59,435 bases of DNA, filler included, from 6 parts of 6 records of this genome joined end to end with filler, not necessarily neighbours in it, one strand, 5' to 3'. Numbered from the whole stretch's first letter, positions 10,900-21,624 are shown. Notes: generated from the letters alone by a model not told the origin. Made by a program: numbers and translations.

Positions 10900-11036
10900 C
10901 GCCCGGGGATGGAATCCCCGAGCGATCAGGAATTTAGTTAAGAACATCAATGTATCAAACAACATCATTTCACGATACTTTTCTATAAAAAACGAATTTC
11001 AAATCCACTTTTTAAATACTATTATGTTTATAACCA

Positions 11037-11996
11037 TTACGCCGTCTTAAATATCGGCTCCACACCCTGAGAAACAGCTAACAGCTTTTCTTTTTCCTTG
11101 TCGCCAATGGGTTTGTATTGGATGGCAATGTCCAGAGCGCGCCAGAAAAGGTCCGGTTCGCCAGGCGGGATGGCGGCTGTGACAGCGTGTGACATGGTGA
11201 ATCGAAAGGACATATCTGCCAGTTCATTGTCTTCCAGGGGAATGGGTCTGTACCAGCATTTTTCATAGGGCCGTTCTTCTCCTTTGCCAATACGGGTAAA
11301 CGCAAAGGTCTTTAGCGCCAGGATACCCATATTCTGTTTTTGCGCCTCGGCAACAACGCGAGGCCCGAAATTGCCCTGGTGCCAGCAGACAAAATTGATG
11401 GGAAAAAGAACCGTATCAAAATCAAATTTTTCCATGGCCATCAATGCCGCTTCTTCCGAGTGGGCAGAAAATCCCAGGTATTTGACCTTGCCGTCCTGTC
11501 TGGCTTTAACAAAAACTTCCATGGCCCCGTTTGGACCGAACGCGGTTTCCACGTCTTCTTTTGTGGTGATGGCATGTAACTGGTAGAGATCAAAATGATC
11601 TGTGTGTAATTTGCGCAATGATTCGTGCAGTTCTTTTTCAGCGTCCGCTTTTGAGCGTTTTGTGGTTTTACACGCCAGAAAGGATTGCTGGCGATAGGGT
11701 TGCAGGGCGGGCCCCAGTTTTTCTTCAGCATTGCCATAAGTGGGGGCCACGTCAAAATAGTTAATGCCCCTGTCAAAAGCGATGGCCACCATGTTATTGG
11801 CATCGGTTTGTTCTTCATCTTTTACCACGATTCCCCCGAAACCAATAACAGAAAGCTTTTCACCGGTCTTGCCAAGTTGTTTTTTATCGATATACTTCAT
11901 AGAGGCTTTTTCCTTAATATTGCAGTCAAGACTATTACCAAGAGTTAATGCGGCTCCTCCAACGACACTTTTTTCCAAAAATTGGCGACGGTTCAT
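11037..11996 (-). CDS. Aldo/keto reductase with a twin-arginine-like leader
   Basis: MNRRQFL leader; GINYFDVAPTY, ACKT, DLYQLH, LGFSAH. Confidence 0.9.
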   Translation of the reverse strand: MNRRQFLEKSVVGGAALTLGNSLDCNIKEKASMKYIDKKQLGKTGEKLSVIGFGGIVVKDEEQTDANNMVAIAFDRGINYFDVAPTYGNAEEKLGPALQPYRQQSFLACKTTKRSKADAEKELHESLRKLHTDHFDLYQLHAITTKEDVETAFGPNGAMEVFVKARQDGKVKYLGFSAHSEEAALMAMEKFDFDTVLFPINFVCWHQGNFGPRVVAEAQKQNMGILALKTFAFTRIGKGEERPYEKCWYRPIPLEDNELADMSFRFTMSHAVTAAIPPGEPDLFWRALDIAIQYKPIGDKEKEKLLAVSQGVEPIFKTA

Positions 11997-12251
11997 TGTG
12001 TGCTCTCCTCTAATTAGACCAGGATTTTGCTAAAAATCTAATATAAAATATATCATCAGTTAGCAGAATTTAGATATAGCTTGTTTTACAATGAAAAACA
12101 GCGGAACCAAAAGATCAAAATTCAAAACAGAGGAAAAAACGTTATTAATGATTCAAAAATATGTAAATTTACGCCTTTATCGTCTTTTTATTTAACAACC
12201 CCGGATCGAAATATCTTTCAACTGATTGTAAAAAGTGATTTGTGTGTTAAT

Positions 12252-12288
12252 GAAAAAATCCCTTTCAGATTTCGAAAGGGATTTTTTC
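12252..12288. terminator. Rho-independent terminator downstream of nrdA
   Basis: GAAAAAATCCCTTTC-N7-GAAAGGGATTTTTTC, a perfect 15-bp stem. Confidence 0.8.
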
Positions 12289-12380
12289 TTCAAGCTGCCC
12301 ATTTGGCAATGGATTTAGTGAAATAGCTACGAACAGGTCAGGATCTTGTATGCTTTGCCAGGGATGCAGGGAGCAAAGTA

Positions 12381-14789
12381 TCACTCACAGCTGGGACATA
12401 TTTTGCTTAACAAAGGATCCGTGGGGCATGCCTCCGTATCACCCCGTTTGACCTGTTCTACGACCTCATCGCCAAATTTTTCCCGTGCCAGCGTCTCATA
12501 TTTTAATAATTCTTTTTTTTCGTTGTCCTGCTCAGCCGGATTATTGTCTTTTTCCAGTCCGCGGTTTCCGAAACCCTTCCGTGACCCTCTCTTGTTGACT
12601 TTGGATGTGTATTTTTCTCCTTTGATGGTCTTGTCAATAAAACAATAATAGGTGGATTTCAATCCTTTTTCCCAGGCATAGGTGTAGATGTTTTTCATTT
12701 TATCTCGCAGATCCTCATCGATATACAGCGATTTGGAAACAGCCTGGTCAATGGAATTTTGAAACGCAGCCGCAATATCAATTTGTCTGTTCGGGTGAAT
12801 TTCATAAGCTGTTTTGTACAACTCTTTATTGATTTTGCCATCCAGTTCTTCGATATGTAATAGAGATCCGTTCTGTGTTTTAATTTTATCGGCCAGCTCG
12901 TCATTCCATAGTTGTTTGTCTTCCAGTTCTTTTAAAAGCTGTTTGTTCAAAACCATGAATTTACCGGATAAGGTATCCCTGGAGTAAATGTTACTAAAGT
13001 AACTGTCAATGGTGGATGTGGTGCCTGCAATCAGTGAAATGGACGCTGTCGGTGCAATGGCCAGCAAAACAGCATTACGTCGCGGTTTATAAGAATAGGG
13101 ATTACCTTTCTCCAACATCTCCGCATAGTGAGCAAACGGGCCTTTTGTTGTGGCCAGATATTCCGAATGCGCATAGGTGATCTTTTTCATAAACTGGCCG
13201 ATCTTTTCGGCTAAAACAACCGCGTCTTTGGAATCATAAACGATTTTGAGCTCAACCAGAGCCTGTGCGAATCCCATGATGCCAATCCCCAAAGGCCGCA
13301 GATCCATGGTGTTTTTTCTGGATTCTTCAGAAGGATAAAAGTTTCGGTCCAGGATATTATCCAGGGCCTCCACAACGGTTTTTAAAGTATCTTCAAATTT
13401 TTTCCAATCCAGATCAGACTTGTCTGCGTTGATATGTTTGGCCAGGTTGATGGATGCCAACGTGCAGACTGCTGTTGATGTGGATGAATTGGGTATCGAT
13501 ATTTCCGTACAAAGATTGGAACTGTTAATGACACTGTACTCTTTGCATGGATTGTGTTTGTTATGCGCGTCTTTGAATGTCAGCCATGGATGACCGGTTT
13601 TGGCCAGTTTAAAGAGATATCGGGTGAAGAATTCCTGACTGTCCACGGATTTCCACAACATCAGCTCTCCATTTTCAGCCTTTTGAATGCATTGGTTATA
13701 CTTTTCAGCAAAATCTTTTCCCCAGGAATCGATCAACTCAGGGCATTCGGAAGGATCGAACAGATAAAGTGGTTCTCCTGTTTGAATACGCCGCATCATT
13801 TCATCCGGCATCCACAATGCTGTGTTCAGGGATGGAGTACGGAAATAGGGATTACCTGTTTGTTCCTTCAGGTCCAGGAATGTGTCAATGTCCAGATGCC
13901 ATGGCTGCAGGTAGATAACCTGTGAACTGCGTCTGCGACCACCTTGTTGGATAGCATTTACAGTGGTGTCAAATATTTTAATAAATGGGATAATACCGGA
14001 TGATTTGGCGTTCAGCGATTTTATGGGCGCGCCTGTCGCTCTGATCCTTGACATGTCTGTACCAACGCCACCGGCATACTTGGCTAATACCGAGGTTTCC
14101 CTGGCTTTGGCCATAATGGATTCCAAATCGTCCTCTACCACATTGATATAACAGCTACTGTACTGGCTGGTGATGGTTCCCGAATTATAAAGTGTTGGTG
14201 TGGAATGCAGATATTCGAGCCTGGAAAGTTTGTTATAAATGTTGATAATCTGTTTTGTATTCTCACCAATTCCCATGGCAACGCGCATAAAAAACCACTG
14301 GGGTTTTTCAATGATATCGTAATGTCGATCTCTGCAAAAATAACGGTCCCTGAGAATGGACAGCCCAAAATAGTCCAGAGTGCTGTCCCTGGTATAATCG
14401 ATAGCTGTTTCAAGTTTGTTGAGATTTAACTTTAATAAAACCGGCTGTAAAATCTGTTCAGCTACACCAAATTCGATATACTCTTTGAAAGAAGAAAATT
14501 TCTTATCGATCCTGCGATTTAAAATCTTTAACAACTGCCTTGTTGCCAGCTCGTCATAGATAACATTTTTAGGTATGAGCTGCTCGATTGCTTTTAACAC
14601 CAGATAATCGAGTTCTTCAGTCGTCACCCTCTCAGGGACCTTTAGATCCAGTTCTTTAAGTATCTTGAAAACGATATCATAATCGTCACTTAGATCATGT
14701 TCTTCCAAAAGCCAGAAAATCGCGTTGACGATTTTTCTGGTTTGAAACCGTTCTTCCTTGCCATCTCGTTTAATAACGTATCGTTCCAC
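12381..14789 (-). CDS. nrdA: Class I ribonucleotide reductase alpha subunit with ATP cone
   Basis: VIKRDG ATP cone, STPTL, SSCY, NLCTEI, APTAS, KSTYY and C-terminal CPSCE. Confidence 0.96.
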   Translation of the reverse strand: MERYVIKRDGKEERFQTRKIVNAIFWLLEEHDLSDDYDIVFKILKELDLKVPERVTTEELDYLVLKAIEQLIPKNVIYDELATRQLLKILNRRIDKKFSSFKEYIEFGVAEQILQPVLLKLNLNKLETAIDYTRDSTLDYFGLSILRDRYFCRDRHYDIIEKPQWFFMRVAMGIGENTKQIINIYNKLSRLEYLHSTPTLYNSGTITSQYSSCYINVVEDDLESIMAKARETSVLAKYAGGVGTDMSRIRATGAPIKSLNAKSSGIIPFIKIFDTTVNAIQQGGRRRSSQVIYLQPWHLDIDTFLDLKEQTGNPYFRTPSLNTALWMPDEMMRRIQTGEPLYLFDPSECPELIDSWGKDFAEKYNQCIQKAENGELMLWKSVDSQEFFTRYLFKLAKTGHPWLTFKDAHNKHNPCKEYSVINSSNLCTEISIPNSSTSTAVCTLASINLAKHINADKSDLDWKKFEDTLKTVVEALDNILDRNFYPSEESRKNTMDLRPLGIGIMGFAQALVELKIVYDSKDAVVLAEKIGQFMKKITYAHSEYLATTKGPFAHYAEMLEKGNPYSYKPRRNAVLLAIAPTASISLIAGTTSTIDSYFSNIYSRDTLSGKFMVLNKQLLKELEDKQLWNDELADKIKTQNGSLLHIEELDGKINKELYKTAYEIHPNRQIDIAAAFQNSIDQAVSKSLYIDEDLRDKMKNIYTYAWEKGLKSTYYCFIDKTIKGEKYTSKVNKRGSRKGFGNRGLEKDNNPAEQDNEKKELLKYETLAREKFGDEVVEQVKRGDTEACPTDPLLSKICPSCE

Positions 14790-14848
14790 TGTTCCACCTC
14801 GCTGAAAATAAAAGACTTTGTTTGTAGGTGTTGATTTTCATAGAATCC

Positions 14849-15838
14849 TTAAAAGTTTGTATACTCTGTAGAAGAGACTTCAAAAAAATTGGTCAGCTTT
14901 TTAACATCTTCTTTTTGTAAAAATTTGAGCGGATTCTCATCCACATAATAGGCTGGCTCAAAGCCAAGTTCTTCCATTCGTCGATCTGTTATATATTTGA
15001 GATAGTGTTCCAGTTCATTATAAGAGAGTCCAAAAATCGTGCTGCCGCTAAATTTGGATTTCAGATAGGTAAATTCAAGGTTGGCTCCATCGATAATAAT
15101 ATTACGGATGCTCTCCACAAAAGCATAATCTTCCAGTATCTCCGGTGTCTCTTCAAGGATGATGAGAATTGCCTCGATACCATTCTGCAAGTGCAAACTC
15201 TCATCTATGAGGACCAGCTCTACTCCGGAGACAACATTTTTCATTTTACCGGTCTCTTTCATGGCAAAAAAATGGGCAAAAGAAGAATAGAAGAAAATAC
15301 CCTCCTGGACAATATTGTTGAGGAGAATACATTTCAGGATCTGTTTTTTACCTTCAAGAGAATATGGATCCCCCCTACCATAGGTTAATTTATCCACTTC
15401 TCTGATGATAACCTCCTGTTTTTCTTTCAGGAGTTTGTCATCTTTGGTAATGTTGTACATTTTTTGCCGGTCCATATCAAACGAATTCATGATGATCTCA
15501 AAAAAATCACTATGAATGTTTTCCATGAAAATCTGGGTAGTAAAGGACATTTTTACATAAGGATCGATCAATAACGGGAAAAAACCATTGACCAGTACAT
15601 TTTGAACGAGCAGTTCTGAGGATGCAAAGTATCCCACAGAGGTATCGAATATGTCTTTTTCAGTCGGTGAGAGAGATTTGTAATCCAGTACATCCTGTTG
15701 GATATTCAATTCTTCCGGAAACCAGACTGCCTTTTTTTGTTTTGTATATAATTCCTTAAAGATGGGATATCGGGGATCATCGCTGATAACGATGTTATCT
15801 CGAACAGATGTTTTGCCTATAAATCCAGTTAATTCCAT
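14849..15838 (-). CDS. nrdB: Ribonucleotide reductase beta subunit with class Ic (R2c) signatures
   Basis: WFPEE, FASSE, ENIHSDFF, EGIFFY, DESLH, NFFE...EY. ATG at 15838 has a GGAGG RBS. Confidence 0.93.
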   Translation of the reverse strand: MELTGFIGKTSVRDNIVISDDPRYPIFKELYTKQKKAVWFPEELNIQQDVLDYKSLSPTEKDIFDTSVGYFASSELLVQNVLVNGFFPLLIDPYVKMSFTTQIFMENIHSDFFEIIMNSFDMDRQKMYNITKDDKLLKEKQEVIIREVDKLTYGRGDPYSLEGKKQILKCILLNNIVQEGIFFYSSFAHFFAMKETGKMKNVVSGVELVLIDESLHLQNGIEAILIILEETPEILEDYAFVESIRNIIIDGANLEFTYLKSKFSGSTIFGLSYNELEHYLKYITDRRMEELGFEPAYYVDENPLKFLQKEDVKKLTNFFEVSSTEYTNF

Positions 15839-15984
15839 CTGAAACCTCCTTGAGCATGGTGAATGGATCGCTTGATTTGGCAAATATTATAACTATAATC
15901 GCTCTGTAGGATTGGCGGGTAATATAAAGGATTTTGATGTTGGGATTGTGTTGCCATTCAATATAAAATCTTTTACCGCTTATA

Positions 15985-16030
15985 CTACTATATGTAGACG
16001 TTAACTTTTAAAATAATCTATATATTCCCG
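15985..16030. promoter_or_regulatory. Tandem NrdR-box-like operators
   Basis: ctaCTATATGTAGacg (15985-16000) and aatCTATATATTCccg (16015-16030) each match 9/10 of the CwAtATaTwG core. They are 30 bp apart and upstream of nrdB. Confidence 0.65.
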
Positions 16031-16195
16031 TTTTATTAAAATATTTTATATTTTTTAATCAGATTTTTTTATATCTTTCTGGAATGATGCTACCTGGCTA
16101 ATAACAGGCTATTGCGCACTTTAGGTGCACTGTATTTAAGTTTTAACCATTTAACAGTAGTTGGTTAATAGTGAAATTAATTTTATGAGGTTTAA

Positions 16196-16723
16196 ATGAT
16201 TCTTTCCGGTATGGAAATAGCAAAGAGAATGGGAGATGACATCATCATTGACCCGTTTAATGAAAAACAGCTCAATCCCAATAGCTATAATTTGCGCTTA
16301 TTTGATGAACTATTGGTTTATGAGAATGATCTATTGGATATGAAAGAAAAAAACCAGGTGCAAAAAATAAAAATACCCTCAGACGGTTATATTTTGCAGC
16401 CTGGAAAACTGTATCTGGGCAGAACGCTGGAATATACAGGCACAGAGAAATACGTACCCATGCTGGAAGGCAGGTCCTCTATTGGTCGATTGGGCATGTT
16501 TGTGCATGTGACAGCCGGCTTTGGTGACGTGGGTTTTCAAGGTTACTGGACTTTGGAAATATTTTGCGTACAACCGATCCGGATTTACGCAGGTATTGAG
16601 GTGTGCCAGATTTATTATCATACCATTGAGGGAGATTACATTCATTATAAAGAAGGTAAATACCAGAATAATCAAGGGATTCAGGCGAGCATGTTGTGGA
16701 AGGATTTTGAAGATAAAGAGTGA
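16196..16723 (+). CDS. dcd: dCTP deaminase
   Basis: QLNPNSYNL, EGRSSIGRLG, AGFGDVGF, TLEI and KYQ motifs. Confidence 0.95.
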   Translation: MILSGMEIAKRMGDDIIIDPFNEKQLNPNSYNLRLFDELLVYENDLLDMKEKNQVQKIKIPSDGYILQPGKLYLGRTLEYTGTEKYVPMLEGRSSIGRLGMFVHVTAGFGDVGFQGYWTLEIFCVQPIRIYAGIEVCQIYYHTIEGDYIHYKEGKYQNNQGIQASMLWKDFEDKE

Positions 16724-17062
16724 CTGTCTGCATGGTTAAAACATTAAAAAACAACAAGAATCATCACGCATTGCACCCACAGATGCTCAACAGAGAACCA
16801 GGTGAGTGAATAATATCATAGTTTGTTCTGATCCGAAAGATCAAAAAAATTATTTATTAAGATTATTATGGTCAAATCTGCTGTTCTAAGGATTAACTGG
16901 ATTTTGTAATTGAGACTCTTTTGTGATTTTTTTAGAACTAACCCATTAATATACTTTTGTTATATAAACGTATTTTTACAGTCTGAATCACTTTATAAAC
17001 ATGGAATATCTTATTCTCTTTAGATTAGAACAGGTTAATTTATTATACAAAGAGAGCAAAGC

Positions 17063-18666
17063 TTGAGAGAAAGCAAATCTTTAATAATATATATTTTATT
17101 AATGGTCTTTTGGGGATCAGGCTTGTATGCAAAAATACTCAATGCTTCTAAAACTAAACAACCGCCTCAAATAGATGGCTGGATTTTTCATGACGAGTGG
17201 ACTGTGGAGGATTCAGCATCAGGTTTTATTCAGTTAGAGCCTTTTAAGGATCAGCCAGCTACAGAGCCCACAACTGTCTATTTCATGTTTGACACGAAAA
17301 ATATTTACATTGCTTTCAAATGTTATACAGAAAGTTCAAACGACATAGTCGCACATGTTCAATCCAGGGATCAGCTGGAAAAGAGTGATGATGTTGTCCT
17401 GATAATGCTGGATTCTTTTGCTGACAATAGAAGCTCCTTTGCTTTTTTGGTCAATCCGCTTGGTACACAGACAGATCTGAGGATTGCCGATGATGGTCGA
17501 AGTTTGGACTATAATTGGGATACTGAATGGGATGTCGCGACGCACATGACGCCGTGGGGTTGGAGTGTTGAAGTAAAAATCCCATTCACCAGTATTCGTT
17601 ACAATTCGAAAATAGACAAATGGGGTGTGAATTTTGGCCGAATCATACGAAAAAACTCGGAAACAGTTTACTGGACTGGTCCGATGAATGATGATTTTCG
17701 TGTGTCGCAAGGAGGTTCTTTAAGGAATATACAGGTACCGAAAAAGGAACATGTTGTCAGGGTGACGCCTTATGCTACGGCACGATATGATGATCTGCAA
17801 TTAGAAAAAAACAGCTCCACATGGTCTGATGAAGTTGGAAGTGATGTGTCCTATCGGATCACGCCCGGTCTGTCAGCGAATATGACGATCAATCCGGATT
17901 TTGCCAGTGTTGAAGGGGATCAGGAACAAATTAATTTGACAAGATGGGAGCTGCAATTCCCGGAGAAACGTCTTTTTTCTGGAAGGAGGGGAGTTATTTA
18001 ATACCCGTATTAAAACTTTTTATTCCAGGCGTATAGGCGATATTGATTATGGTTCAAAACTGGTTGGCAAAATCAACAAATACAATCTTGCCTTAATTGG
18101 CGTTCGAACTGTAAAAAATGAAGAGAATAATCTGGACGCCTCGAATTTTGCTGTTTTTCGTCTGAAAAGGGATATACTAAATTCATCTACGTTTGGAATA
18201 ACGGCGATCAATAAATCCTGGTCCGGGGGATATTCACGCTCCTTTAGCGCCGATTATGTGTTGAATTTGGGCAAAGCATGGAAGTTAACAGGACAATGGG
18301 TGAGTAGTGCACCGGGAAAATTTCTAAAGAATAGTGCTTATTTTATGAGAATTGCCAGGGAGAGTAATATTTATCATTATCACATTCGTTACTCTGATAC
18401 CGGGCAGGATTTTTCGAATAATGTCAACCAAACCGGCTTTATTCGGGACGACGATATGCGGGAAATCGATAGTGATTTAATATATAGATGGTGGTTTCAG
18501 GGATCCGGAGTAAAATATCTTTCTCTTAGTTCGCGCAATAATATATTTTGGAACCACGCGGGTACATTACGGAGTTGGAATATCACTGAAATGATGCGAG
18601 TTTATTTGAATTCGCGATGGAGTTTTGATGTTACCTATAATAACGAATACAAACTTTATGAGAAAA
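17063..18666 (+). CDS. Secreted CBM9-like / DUF5916-type protein, frameshift near 17975, truncated by contig end
   Basis: Signal peptide, PQIDG, EVKIPF, NPDFASVE, FPEKRLFFLEG (rejoined) and FYSRRIG. Confidence 0.78.
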
Positions 18667-18766
18667 NNNNNNNNNNNNNNNNNNNNNNNNNNNNNNNNNN
18701 NNNNNNNNNNTTAATTAATTAANNNNNNNNNNNNNNNNNNNNNNNNNNNNNNNNNNNNNNNNNNNN
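18667..18766. other. Artificial contig linker
   Basis: N44-TTAATTAATTAA-N44. Confidence 0.99.
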
Positions 18767-18767
18767 T

Positions 18768-19325
18768 GCTGCAATTGAAGCAGCCAGAGCTGGTGAATAT
18801 GGTCGAGGTTTTGCGGTTGTTGCAGAAGAGGTTAGAAAGCTAGCCGAGGCCTCTGCAAAATCGGCAGATGAGATCGGAACATTGATAAAAGGTGTTCAAA
18901 AAGAGACTGGTGAAGCTGTTTCTAATATTGAAGGTGCTGCAAAAGAGGCAAGTGCTGTAACCGGAGTAGCTCAGATGCTTTCCGAAAGCTTGGCAGAGAT
19001 AATAAACAATTCAGAGAGTGTTGCTACAATGATTGAACAAGTCTCGGCGGCTAGTCAAGAACAGTCAGTTGGTGTAAAACAGGTTTCAACATCCGTAACA
19101 GATATTGCAGCTGTAGCTGAAGAGACCGCATCTTCAACTGAGGAAGCAAGTGCCTCAACTGAAGAGATGACAGCTTCAATGGAAGAGATGGCCGCAAGTT
19201 CTCAGGAGCTAGCTGATATGGGAACTAACCTTCGTGAGCTGGTTGGAAAATTTAAAGTTGAAGGCGATATTGAGAAAATTAGCGAGTCGGTTGTTCAAAG
19301 TAAATTCAAGAGTCCAAAAAAATAG
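18768..19325 (+). CDS. Methyl-accepting chemotaxis protein, C-terminal part
   Basis: Hairpin tip [26 protein letters not shown] read from the contig start; EE methylation heptads. Confidence 0.95.
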   Translation, partial: AAIEAARAGEYGRGFAVVAEEVRKLAEASAKSADEIGTLIKGVQKETGEAVSNIEGAAKEASAVTGVAQMLSESLAEIINNSESVATMIEQVSAASQEQSVGVKQVSTSVTDIAAVAEETASSTEEASASTEEMTASMEEMAASSQELADMGTNLRELVGKFKVEGDIEKISESVVQSKFKSPKK

Positions 19326-19369
19326 TCTTATAGCTATAAGTTTGAAGTAACAGTTTTTGGAGGCAGATT

Positions 19370-19864
19370 ATGGATCAAGTGAGAAAAGAGGGAGTCGGTT
19401 CAGAAGAGCTACAGCTAGTTATATTTAGGCTTGCAGGTGAAGAATTTGGTTTGGAGATTTCTCAAGTGAGAGAAATCATAAGAATGCAGACTATTACCCC
19501 GATGCCAAAAGCCCCTCAGTTTATTGAGGGTGTGATTAATTTGCGAGGCCAAATTATAGCTGTTATGGATTTGGGTAGCAGGTTTGATCTAGAAAAATCT
19601 GAGGCTACAGATAAAACCAGGATAGTTGTTTCCGAAGTTGAGGGGAAGACAGTGGGTCTTATTGTTGATGAGGTTCCAGAAGTTTTAAGGATTGCCGATA
19701 GTAGTGTTGACCCAACTCCTGAGATGATTGAGTCTCAGATCCATTCAGAGTTTATTAAGGGTGTCGGTAAAATGGATGACAGATTGATTATTATGCTCGA
19801 TGTTGATCAGATCTTAAGTAGTGAAGAAATGAAACAAATAAATGTCACTTCCGAAAAGGGTTGA
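19370..19864 (+). CDS. cheW: Chemotaxis coupling protein CheW
   Basis: LVIFRL...EFG...GVINLRG. Confidence 0.95.
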   Translation: MDQVRKEGVGSEELQLVIFRLAGEEFGLEISQVREIIRMQTITPMPKAPQFIEGVINLRGQIIAVMDLGSRFDLEKSEATDKTRIVVSEVEGKTVGLIVDEVPEVLRIADSSVDPTPEMIESQIHSEFIKGVGKMDDRLIIMLDVDQILSSEEMKQINVTSEKG

Positions 19865-19878
19865 GGAAGGTTGTTTCT

Positions 19879-20313
19879 ATGGGGAAAAATAAAAGAGAAA
19901 ATGTGTCCAAAGAGACAGATTACTTAGAGAGAAGAAAAAATGCTAGGCTGGATATTCCTCTGAAACTCTCTTATAGGATTGTTAAAAGTGATTCCGTGAA
20001 AGATGCGGTGTCCAAAAATGTGAGTGCTGGCGGTTGTCTTCTTCTTGTCTCTGAAAAGATTCCTATAAATTCAAAAGTAGAGTTGGAAATATTCTTAGGG
20101 GAGAATAAATCCGAATCTTTGAATATAAAGGGAAGGATAGTGCGCTTAAACAGGGAAGAGTCTGGATTGTATGAGTTCGGGATAGTTTTTAATGAGATCA
20201 GTAAGGAGGCAAGACGTCTTTTCGCTGATTTTTGTTTTGCAAAGATGTATGAAATGATTGGTTTGTCTGAATGGCCAACCGATACAAGAGATAAGGTTAA
20301 AAAAGAAAAGTAA
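19879..20313 (+). CDS. Stand-alone PilZ-domain c-di-GMP receptor
   Basis: RxxxR (RKNAR) and NxSxxG (NVSAGG). Confidence 0.88.
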   Translation: MGKNKRENVSKETDYLERRKNARLDIPLKLSYRIVKSDSVKDAVSKNVSAGGCLLLVSEKIPINSKVELEIFLGENKSESLNIKGRIVRLNREESGLYEFGIVFNEISKEARRLFADFCFAKMYEMIGLSEWPTDTRDKVKKEK

Positions 20314-20357
20314 TCATTATTAAAAGCTTTTAGTTTTGATTAAAAGGAGGGCTTGTG

Positions 20358-20729
20358 ATGGCCAAGAAAAAAGCAAGGGTTCTGATAACGGATGATGCGA
20401 TATTCATGCGTCGAATGCTTGGAGATATTTTGAAAGAGGGCGGACATGAAATTGTGGCAGAAGCGGCAGATGGAAAAGAGTCGGTTGAACAGTATAAAAA
20501 AATAAAACCAGATATCGTTACAATGGATATTATTATGCCAGAGATGGGTGGAATAGATGCGGTTAAAGAGATTGTTGAACATGATCCAAATGCGAAGATT
20601 TTAATGGTTAGCGCTATGGGTCAACAACAGTTAGTTGTAGAGGCTATTCAAGCTGGTGCTAAAGATTTTATTGTAAAGCCCTTCGAATCATCAAGGGTTT
20701 TGACCGCTGTTGAGCGTATATTGGAATAG
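20358..20729 (+). CDS. cheY: CheY response regulator 1
   Basis: TDDA, MDIIMP, SAMGQ, VKPF. Confidence 0.92.
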   Translation: MAKKKARVLITDDAIFMRRMLGDILKEGGHEIVAEAADGKESVEQYKKIKPDIVTMDIIMPEMGGIDAVKEIVEHDPNAKILMVSAMGQQQLVVEAIQAGAKDFIVKPFESSRVLTAVERILE

Positions 20730-20759
20730 TTTTTTTAAGAAAATAAATGAGGCGCCTAG

Positions 20760-21248
20760 ATGACAGATCGGATATCTGTGGGAATTACTGAAATGATGGT
20801 CGCAAAAGCTCCAAGTGTTATTGAAACACAGGCGCTTGGTTCATGTGTTAGCGTTGTTTTGTATGATCCTGATAGGAAAATTGGTGGGTTAACTCATTCG
20901 ATGCTTCCAGATAAGGATAGTGCTAAGAAAAGTTTGCAGCCAAACCCTGGAAAGTTTGTCGATAGTGCCATTGAGTTGTTGCTTAAAAATGTTCTTAAAG
21001 AGGGTGCAAAGAGAAGTTCTCTGATAGCAAGGATTGTCGGGGGAGCAAATATGTTCCCTAGTATTATTTCCAATACATCATCAATCGGGGATAGAAATAT
21101 TGATGTCGCTCGTAGAATCTTAAAGAAGCTTAAGGTAAAAGTTGTTGCTGAAGAGGTTGGGGGTTCATCGGGTAGGACTGTTGCTTTGGATACTGAAAAA
21201 GGTAAGGTTATCGTTAAAAGTTATAAGTTTGGTGAAAAAGAGATTTGA
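20760..21248 (+). CDS. cheD: Chemoreceptor glutamine deamidase CheD
   Basis: LGSCV, HSML, GGANMF, IGDRN. Confidence 0.93.
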   Translation: MTDRISVGITEMMVAKAPSVIETQALGSCVSVVLYDPDRKIGGLTHSMLPDKDSAKKSLQPNPGKFVDSAIELLLKNVLKEGAKRSSLIARIVGGANMFPSIISNTSSIGDRNIDVARRILKKLKVKVVAEEVGGSSGRTVALDTEKGKVIVKSYKFGEKEI

Positions 21249-21261
21249 ATCGGGAGGGTTT

Positions 21262-21624
21262 ATGGGAAAAAGAGTTTTGATTGCTGATGACGCAAGTTAT
21301 ATGCGTGAATTAATAAAGGATGTTCTGGTTGAAGGTGGCTATGAAGTTGTTGGAGAGGCTGAAGATGGTGATGAAGCTGTCCAAAGGTATTTAGAACTAA
21401 AACCTGACTTTGTTACCATGGATATAGTCATGCGTGATAAGACCGGCATAGATGCAGTTAAGGATATTGTGAGTAAAGATCCTGATGCTAGAATATTGAT
21501 GATAAGTGCAATGGGGCAGCAGGCAATGTTGGTTGAGGCGGTTCAGGCTGGGGCGAAGGGGTTTGTTATTAAGCCTTTTAAGGCTGAGGTTTTGTTGGAA
21601 GAAGTTGGTAGAATTTTGGCTTAA
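21262..21624 (+). CDS. cheY: CheY response regulator 2
   Basis: ATG at 21262 after GGAGG; ADDA, MDIVM, SAMGQ, IKPF. Confidence 0.9.
   Translation: MGKRVLIADDASYMRELIKDVLVEGGYEVVGEAEDGDEAVQRYLELKPDFVTMDIVMRDKTGIDAVKDIVSKDPDARILMISAMGQQAMLVEAVQAGAKGFVIKPFKAEVLLEEVGRILA

Noticed and set aside
12381-14789. Intein or intron in nrdA
   Set aside because: The length is ordinary, the motifs are contiguous, and I saw no intein splice-junction or homing-endonuclease motifs.
16724-17062. Possible riboswitch after dcd (TGATC-CGAAA-GATCA hairpin)
   Set aside because: Only a 5-bp stem, with no recognisable aptamer consensus.
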